A DNA stretch of 12,446 nt. Origin: an uncultured bacterium (lineage in GTDB: Bacteria; CAIJMQ01). Below, piece by piece: positions 6,930 through 12,446 of this stretch (its first letter is position 1; each line of letters opens with the position of its first letter). Below the pieces are notes generated by a model. That model was not told the origin of the DNA, searched no databases, and saw only the letters and a list, made by a program, of their open reading frames with translations. Location of the stretch: contig CAZNJA010000037.1 of the NCBI GenBank assembly GCA_964573245.1, positions 658 to 13,103 of the forward strand, in the 5' to 3' direction. The translations under genes were made by a program, and so were the position numbers.

Positions 6930-7766
6930 ATGAAAAACTTAATAGGTAGATGGTTTTCAAAGGGTTCGAAAGATAAAGTTGCGTCCGGGGAAAAAGCAAG
7001 CTATAAATCTGCTGTTTTCGTAAATAGAGCAAAAGAAGGCAGTTCCGACCTCTACCGTCTCACTTTAGACAGCATACCTCATGGAAAAGTAGAAAAAGTT
7101 CTGGATACTCCCGCCGTTTTAATCCATGCAAAAAAATATGATAAATCTCCTGTTTATAGTCTATTTACCGATAGAGAGTTTTTCATCGGGAGGAATTCTA
7201 AAAACGACTTGTGTTTGCAAGGCAAAGAAATTGTTGATGTCCACGCAAAAATAAGACCGGAAAAAGAAGGATATATACTTTATGATTTGATATCCAAAAG
7301 CGGAGTGTATGTAAATTGGGAAAAAGTGTTGAGGCATAAACTGGAGCACAGGGATAAGATAAGACTCGGAAATCAATCTCTGATTTTTGAATTGTTAAAG
7401 GATAAGGATGAAGAAATATTTGATGGTGTGGAGAGAAGAAAAACTGCCCGAATTACTCCCGCAATGACCTTGAAATTTTTGGTTTATTCTAAAGATAAAC
7501 TTGAAGAGTTCAGCGGAATAGTTAAAGATATTAGTATTGACGGAATCAGAATAGAAACGGAAAGGGAACTTTCCAAAGGCAGTATAATAGACGCGGGTAT
7601 TTCCTGCGATAAATTTCCTCTTTTAGAAGTTATAGCTCAAGTTATCTGGACCCAATCCAAACAAAGCGATTCAAAAGTGTTTTACCAAGTAGGGCTTCAG
7701 TTTATAGAAATGGATAATAACTCGAGAAATATATTGCGGGATTATCTTGTTAAGTGTGTTTCGTAA
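6930..7766 (+). CDS. FHA domain + PilZ domain protein (paralog 3)
   Basis: FFIGRNSKNDLCL...VHAKI...YDLISKSGVYVN...LEHRDKIRLG; ERRKTAR, DISIDG, AQVIW, YQVGLQFIEMD. Start placed at ATG 6930 (10 nt after the paralog 2 stop) rather than TTG 6900; start uncertain. Confidence 0.87.
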   Translation: MKNLIGRWFSKGSKDKVASGEKASYKSAVFVNRAKEGSSDLYRLTLDSIPHGKVEKVLDTPAVLIHAKKYDKSPVYSLFTDREFFIGRNSKNDLCLQGKEIVDVHAKIRPEKEGYILYDLISKSGVYVNWEKVLRHKLEHRDKIRLGNQSLIFELLKDKDEEIFDGVERRKTARITPAMTLKFLVYSKDKLEEFSGIVKDISIDGIRIETERELSKGSIIDAGISCDKFPLLEVIAQVIWTQSKQSDSKVFYQVGLQFIEMDNNSRNILRDYLVKCVS

Positions 7767-9132
7767 ACATTGATTTCGAGTGCAAGTCTTTTGAGTTTTT
7801 GGAATCAGTTATTTCCCCTTCTAATTCATAAGCGCCTGTCTTTATGATTTTAACTTCGTAGAAGTTACCTATTTTTGCGTTGCCTTTTACCTTTACGGTA
7901 TTATCTATATCTATTGTGTCGGCTTGGCGTCTCCCTTGATAAATCCCATGGGTGATTTCCCTGTCTATCAATATCGTAATCACTTTTCCTTTTAGTTTTC
8001 TGTTTTTCTTTTCGGCAATTTCTTTTTGTAAAGACAAAAGTTTTTTTAGTCGGAACCGTTTTACTTTTTCCGGGATTCTCCCTTTGAAATTAAAACTTAC
8101 TGTATTTTCTTGAGCCGAATAAGTGAATACTCCCAGATGGTCAAACTGCATGATTTTTACAAATTCTAACAGTTCATTGAATTCTTTGCTGCCCTCCATA
8201 GGAAAGCCTACAAGAAAAGTAGTTCTCAAAGCTAAATTTGGAATAGTTGTCCTTAGTTTATCAACTAGAGTCATTATATCTTTTTTATTTACTTTTCTTC
8301 TCATTGCCTTAAGGATTTTGTTATTACAATGTTGTAGGGGCACATCCAAATATTTGCAGACTTTTTCGTTTGTTGCTATGGTGTTTATTAATTCGTTGCT
8401 ATAGTGAGCAGGGTGGGTGTAAAGAAGTCTTATCCATTTAATTTTTTCTATTTTAGATAGTTTTTCCAAAAGTTCCGGCAATTTTCTTTTCTTGTAAATG
8501 TCTTCGCCGTATAAAGTTGTATCTTGTGCAATCAAATTTATTTCTTTGCATCCGGCCAAAGCCAATATCTTTGCTTCTTCTATTATGTTTTCCATTCTGC
8601 GCGATCGATATTTTCCTCGAAGTTGTGGAATAATACAGTAACTGCAACAGTTATTGCATCCGTCCGCTATTTTTAGATAAGCGGAGTGAATTGGTCCTGT
8701 GAAAAATCTTTGGGTAAATTCGTTTTTATAGCTTCTGTTTTTTCCTGTGTAAGCTATTTTATCTTTTTCTTTTGCTAATTTTGTGCAAGTAATCGCGATC
8801 TTATCTATGTTGAAAGGGTCTATTATGGCATCTATTTCCGGAATCTGTTTGAATAGTTCTGTTTTAAATAAAGAAGGCAAGCAACCGCTTACACATATTT
8901 TTTTGCGGTTTTTTTTTGTTGCAAAAGAAAGGATGGTATTTATGGATTCTTCTTGCGCAGGTTGTATGAAAGCACAAGTGTTAATTATTATGATGTCTGC
9001 TTCTTTCGGTGAGGGAACTATTGCAAAGCCTTTGTTTAACAAAAGCCCGAGCATATATTCCGAATCAACAAGATTTTTTGGACATCCGAGAGATATCAAT
9101 GAGACTTTGAACATTTCGAAATATTCTATCAT
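7750..9132 (-). CDS. rimO: Ribosomal protein S12 methylthiotransferase RimO
   Basis: UPF0004 domain SLGCPKNLVDSE, NTCAFI and GCL; radical SAM AYLKIADGCNNCCSYCIIPQLRG; IAQDTTLYGED, WIRLLYTHP, YLDVPLQH, RTTFLVGFP; C-terminal TRAM region. Likely start is ATG 9132 (purine-rich GAGAAGAG upstream) or 9114, not 9195. Confidence 0.93.
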   Translation of the reverse strand: MIEYFEMFKVSLISLGCPKNLVDSEYMLGLLLNKGFAIVPSPKEADIIIINTCAFIQPAQEESINTILSFATKKNRKKICVSGCLPSLFKTELFKQIPEIDAIIDPFNIDKIAITCTKLAKEKDKIAYTGKNRSYKNEFTQRFFTGPIHSAYLKIADGCNNCCSYCIIPQLRGKYRSRRMENIIEEAKILALAGCKEINLIAQDTTLYGEDIYKKRKLPELLEKLSKIEKIKWIRLLYTHPAHYSNELINTIATNEKVCKYLDVPLQHCNNKILKAMRRKVNKKDIMTLVDKLRTTIPNLALRTTFLVGFPMEGSKEFNELLEFVKIMQFDHLGVFTYSAQENTVSFNFKGRIPEKVKRFRLKKLLSLQKEIAEKKNRKLKGKVITILIDREITHGIYQGRRQADTIDIDNTVKVKGNAKIGNFYEVKIIKTGAYELEGEITDSKNSKDLHSKSMFTKHT

Positions 9133-9159
9133 TTTTCTCTTCTCATAACTCGGAATGCT

Positions 9160-9188
9160 TTGACAATGCACCCGTTTTCCAGTATATT
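9160..9188 (+). promoter_or_regulatory. Sigma70-type promoter facing purM
   Basis: TTGACA (9160-9165), 17-nt spacer, TATATT (9183-9188). Confidence 0.75.
9181..9186 (-). promoter_or_regulatory. Candidate -10 element for rimO
   Basis: TATACT on the - strand, about 50 nt upstream of the proposed rimO start. The -35 region is weak (TTATCT at 18-nt spacing). Confidence 0.45.
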
Positions 9189-9253
9189 GAAACACTGGTT
9201 ACGCAGATAAATTTTGTTAGGAAAAATTCTTCGTATGGTGGATTGGATCTTTA

Positions 9254-9286
9254 ATCCCCGCCTGCCAGATTCTGGTAGGCAGGGAT
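9254..9286. repeat. GC-rich hairpin in the purM leader
   Basis: ATCCC c GCCTGCCAG att CTGGTAGGC a GGGAT: 9-bp stem (one G-T pair), one mismatch, then a 5-bp stem. Confidence 0.7.
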
Positions 9287-9331
9287 GTAGTTATTTTGGG
9301 GAATCGGTGTAATAGTATTCGTGAAAAAAGC

Positions 9332-10387
9332 ATGAAAAACAAGAAATCGGCAACTTATAAACAAGCAGGAGTCAACGTTGGTATGGGAGAAGAATTTGTC
9401 GATAGGATCAGCCGAATAGTCACTAAGACACATAGAAAGGGAGTTCTTTCTTCGTTATCCGGTTTCGGCTCAATTTTTTCTCTTAAAGGTTATAAAAATC
9501 CCGTTTTGGTATCTTCCGCCGACGGCGTAGGAACAAAAATGGTTTTGGCGGATTTAGTGAAAAGGTATAACGGCGTGGGTGTGGATGTTGTCGCAATGAA
9601 TGTTGATGATATTCTTGCTATGGGAGCAGAGCCGCTGTTTTTTCTTGATTATCTGGCTTGCGGACAAATAGACCTGAAAATAGCCCAGCAAATAATTAAA
9701 TCCGTTGCAAAAGGATGCGAACAGGCGGGATGCTCTTTGATAGGCGGAGAAACAGCAGAGATGCCCGGCTTTTATAAAAAAGGACAATTTGAACTTGTCG
9801 GTTTTGCTGTAGGTGTGTTGGAAAAAGGGAAGGTCATAGACGGTTCGGGTGTAAAAGCCGGAGACAAACTTTTAGGTTTGCCGTCATCAGGGCTTCATTC
9901 CAACGGTTTTTCCCTTGCCAGAAATGTTTTGTTTCAGGATGCCGCCAGTGATAAAGAAAAAGTAAAAATCCTGAACAAGAAAGACAAGAAACTGGGCAGA
10001 ACTTGGGCTGATGCATTGCTTGAACCCACTCGCATTTATACAAAAACAATTTTGCCTCTTATAAAAAGCGATATAAGAATATCGGCAGTTGCGCATATCA
10101 CAGGGGGCGGATTAATGAGAAATATAAAAAGGGTTTTGCCTGATGGGTTCCAGGCGCATATTTTTTCGGGAAGATGGAAAATTCCTTCGGTTTTCGCGCG
10201 ATTGAAAGAATTAGGCCATATTACAGAAGAAGAGATGTTTAAAGTGTTTAATATGGGTATCGGGATGGTTTTGCTTATTCGTCCCGAAGAGGAAAAAAAG
10301 GTTCTGGATTATTTCAGGAGAAATAAAAAAGAAGTTTTTTTGATAGGAGTGGTGAGTAAAGGGAACAGAAAAGTAACAATAACTTAA
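9332..10387 (+). CDS. purM: Phosphoribosylformylglycinamidine cyclo-ligase (AIR synthetase)
   Basis: TYKQAGV, SADGVGTK, VAMNVDDI, GAEPLFFLDY, GGETAEMPG, SSGLHSNGFSL, LLEPTRIY, HITGGGL, FNMGIG. ATG 9332 fits the usual N-terminus better than TTG 9296. Confidence 0.98.
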   Translation: MKNKKSATYKQAGVNVGMGEEFVDRISRIVTKTHRKGVLSSLSGFGSIFSLKGYKNPVLVSSADGVGTKMVLADLVKRYNGVGVDVVAMNVDDILAMGAEPLFFLDYLACGQIDLKIAQQIIKSVAKGCEQAGCSLIGGETAEMPGFYKKGQFELVGFAVGVLEKGKVIDGSGVKAGDKLLGLPSSGLHSNGFSLARNVLFQDAASDKEKVKILNKKDKKLGRTWADALLEPTRIYTKTILPLIKSDIRISAVAHITGGGLMRNIKRVLPDGFQAHIFSGRWKIPSVFARLKELGHITEEEMFKVFNMGIGMVLLIRPEEEKKVLDYFRRNKKEVFLIGVVSKGNRKVTIT

Positions 10388-10434
10388 TATACCTAACTGT
10401 AAGATAAGATAAACAGTTGTCATTGGAGGAGAAC

Positions 10435-10536
10435 ATGGCAAGAAGCAAAACCAAAAATAAGATAAAGAGACACCGCTGGACATTAAAGAGAAAGAGAAAA
10501 AAACAACGCAATAGAACAAATACATCCAAGAACTAA
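10435..10536 (+). CDS. Small, highly basic protein (33 aa), ribosomal-protein-like; absent from the ORF track
   Basis: GGAGGA (10425-10430), 4 nt, then ATG. Translation MARSKTKNKIKRHRWTLKRKRKKQRNRTNTSKN*: 16 K/R and no D/E. It fills an otherwise unexplained intergenic gap. Confidence 0.7.
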   Translation: MARSKTKNKIKRHRWTLKRKRKKQRNRTNTSKN

Positions 10537-10617
10537 GAAAAGAATGCAATGAATGAGATGAATAACAAATGTCATTAATTTTTCTGTATATTCCTCTTGT
10601 TGTTTATGATAATAGCA

Positions 10618-11844
10618 ATGACAACGGAAAAAAAAGAAAAAATATTATCCCTACTTGAGCAAATAATAGGTATATTCCTCGCAGTTATTATTTTAACTAT
10701 CCCCTTTCCAAAACATATTCAGACAACTGAAACTTTTTGTTTTTTTATTATAATTCTTGCTTTCTTTATGAAGTCAGTTTTACATTCTCCTATAGAAGGA
10801 ACAAGAATAAATTTGCCTATTTTAGTCTTTACGATTTTCATTATTGTTTCAATCTTTTTTTCTGTTGATTATTCTTATAGCCTGCATGAATTCAGGAAGT
10901 ATTGGCTAAAGCCTATTCTCCTTTCATATTTTATTGTTAATTTTGCGGTTAATAAGAGAAACATTAGTTATATAGTATGGATAGTTCTTATTAGTTTTTT
11001 GGCTCCCATTATTTTAGGGATGATTCAATATTTTACCAAAGATATAATTGAATTAAAGAGCATGTTCGGAGCTTCTACTGAGTTTGCCCAATATTTAGAT
11101 TATGTTATCCCTTTTACGTTCGCTGTGGTATTGTACAATAGCCCCAAAATTCCTAGAATTTTACCAGGCTTAATTCTTGCTGGGGCATTTTTCTGTTTAA
11201 TTTTTACATATACCAGAGCGAGTTGGATCAGTGTATTAATTGCAGTGTTTTTTTTATGTTTTATAAAAAACAAAAAAGCTGTTCTCATTGTTATTGTTCT
11301 AGTTTTTCTATTACTGGTATTGTCCCCATATAGGGTGAAAAATAGAATTATTAGCATTGGTGACAAGGAAGACTATTTGCATAGAATTTACTTAATGGAA
11401 AATACAATAGACCAAGTTAAGAAAAGGCCTTTTACGGGCTATGGTTGGGGTTACCACAATTTTCACAATTTATATCCATCTTTCATTTCACCCGAGCTAA
11501 AAGCTTTGGGCATGGAAAAATCAAAGGGGTGGTTAGATCTATATCATGCGCATAATTATCCCGTAGAGATAGCGTTTGAGACGGGACTATTGGGTTTAGT
11601 AGTGTTTCTTTGGTTATGGATTACGATAATGGCTCTGACTTGGAAAAATTTTCTGAAGTTGAAAGACGCCTTCTTAAAAAATGTTATGTTGGGAATATTT
11701 ACCGCTTTTATTGCTTGCTCTATTCATTGGCTTGTGGAAATTCCCGATGCCAAACAATTGGTAATGCTTCTGTGGACTTTTGTAGGCTTGTCTATGGCTA
11801 TAATTAATATAACGGAGAAAAAATGGGAAAAGAAAACCCTTTAG
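10618..11844 (+). CDS. O-antigen ligase (WaaL/Wzy_C) family membrane protein
   Basis: Many hydrophobic segments; TYTRASWI, periplasmic-loop HRIYLM...RPFTGYGWG and HAHNYPVEIAFETGLLG motifs typical of the family. Start uncertain (ATG 10606 or 10618). Confidence 0.88.
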   Translation: MTTEKKEKILSLLEQIIGIFLAVIILTIPFPKHIQTTETFCFFIIILAFFMKSVLHSPIEGTRINLPILVFTIFIIVSIFFSVDYSYSLHEFRKYWLKPILLSYFIVNFAVNKRNISYIVWIVLISFLAPIILGMIQYFTKDIIELKSMFGASTEFAQYLDYVIPFTFAVVLYNSPKIPRILPGLILAGAFFCLIFTYTRASWISVLIAVFFLCFIKNKKAVLIVIVLVFLLLVLSPYRVKNRIISIGDKEDYLHRIYLMENTIDQVKKRPFTGYGWGYHNFHNLYPSFISPELKALGMEKSKGWLDLYHAHNYPVEIAFETGLLGLVVFLWLWITIMALTWKNFLKLKDAFLKNVMLGIFTAFIACSIHWLVEIPDAKQLVMLLWTFVGLSMAIINITEKKWEKKTL

Positions 11845-12446
11845 TTAGTGTAATTATTCCCACGTATAACCGGGCAAGTTTTTTAAAGGATGCAGTAGAA
11901 AGCGCTCTGGCTCAAACGTATAAACATTTAAAAGTAATTGTAGTGGATGACGGTTCTACTGATAACACATACCAGTTAGTCCAGGGGTTTGCCGATAAAC
12001 GGATTATTTATCTGCGTCAGGAAAACAAAGGTGCTTCAGCCGCAAGGAACAAAGGCATTCAAAATGCAAAAGGGGACTATATTGCTTTTCTTGATTCTGA
12101 TGATATTTGGTTGCCACAGAAGATAGAAAAACAATTAAAAGTTTTTAGTAAAAGCCGATTTAATCCGGGGCTGGTGTATGTCGGAGTTCAATATATAAAT
12201 TATAAAGGCAGTCTAAAAAAAGATAGGAAATTACCAAAATGCCGAGGAGAAATTTTCGGGAAATTATTAAGAAAAAACATAGCCGGAGTTGGTTCCACTA
12301 TGTTGGTTAAGAAAAAATGTTTTGATAAATGCGGGTTATTTGATGAAAATTTACCATCCAGAGAAGACTTGGATATGCTTATCAGGATATCTCAATGTTT
12401 TGCGGTAGATTATGTCCCGGAAATTCTAACTTTAGAAAGGATTCAT
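11823..12446 (+). CDS. Glycosyltransferase family 2 (GT-A fold), 3' truncated by window edge
   Basis: MGKENPLVSVIIPTYNRASFL...VIVVDDGSTDNT...ENKGASAARNKGI...YIAFLDSDDIWLPQKIEKQ...GLFDENLPSREDLDM; GGAG RBS at 11814-11817; overlaps the ligase gene by 22 nt; open to the window end. Confidence 0.95.
   Translation, partial: MGKENPLVSVIIPTYNRASFLKDAVESALAQTYKHLKVIVVDDGSTDNTYQLVQGFADKRIIYLRQENKGASAARNKGIQNAKGDYIAFLDSDDIWLPQKIEKQLKVFSKSRFNPGLVYVGVQYINYKGSLKKDRKLPKCRGEIFGKLLRKNIAGVGSTMLVKKKCFDKCGLFDENLPSREDLDMLIRISQCFAVDYVPEILTLERIH

Noticed and set aside
6900-6949. TTG start at 6900 and the out-of-frame mini-ORF at 6923-6949 (MADEKLNR*)
   Set aside because: Neither has a convincing RBS; ATG 6930 gives a non-overlapping gene with an N-terminus similar in character to paralog 1.
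7755-7766. KCVS as a CaaX prenylation motif
   Set aside because: The Cys is third from the end, not fourth, and the proteins look like cytoplasmic bacterial regulators.
8123-9148. + strand ORFs 8123-8404 and 8783-9148
   Set aside because: Antisense shadows of rimO.
9166-9181. ATGCACCCGTTTTCCA resembles the LacI-family PurR operator in the purM promoter spacer
   Set aside because: The critical AAAC half-core reads ACCC, and that regulator is a gammaproteobacterial feature with no support for this organism.
9133-9195. N-terminal extension of RimO given in the ORF track
   Set aside because: It runs through the promoter region and precedes the normal RimO N-terminus.
9195-9331. Purine, ZTP or PRPP riboswitch upstream of purM
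   Set aside because: I could not find the diagnostic consensus segments (e.g. TATGG...TTTCTACC...CCGTAAA for the purine riboswitch); kept only as an unknown structured leader.
10211-10549. Hydrophobic - strand ORFs 10211-10549 and 10314-10529
   Set aside because: Their Phe/Leu/Ser richness is the reverse complement of the A-rich + strand. They overlap purM and lack an RBS, while the + strand 33-aa ORF has a strong one.

Overview
AT-rich bacterial chromosomal window, mostly housekeeping, with no rRNA, tRNA, CRISPR or transposase that I can recognise. On the + strand it carries the 3' end of purH, folE, a formiminotransferase-cyclodeaminase/methenyl-THF cyclohydrolase family gene, an NAD-dependent sugar epimerase and secA. 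Immediately after secA come three tandem paralogous FHA+PilZ domain genes. rimO lies on the - strand, converging on and overlapping the third paralog. It is followed on + by purM, an unannotated 33-aa very basic ORF with a strong RBS, an O-antigen ligase (WaaL)-family gene and the 5' part of a GT2 glycosyltransferase. The best candidate for an undescribed system is the secA-linked FHA-PilZ triplet: all three FHA domains lack part of the phosphothreonine-binding signature, and two of the three PilZ domains keep an intact c-di-GMP signature. Also notable are the small ribosomal-protein-like ORF, an apparently leaderless secA promoter, a divergent rimO/purM promoter with overlapping -10 boxes, a structured purM leader, and several intergenic palindromes and repeats. 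All calls come from reading motifs by eye; no searches were run.
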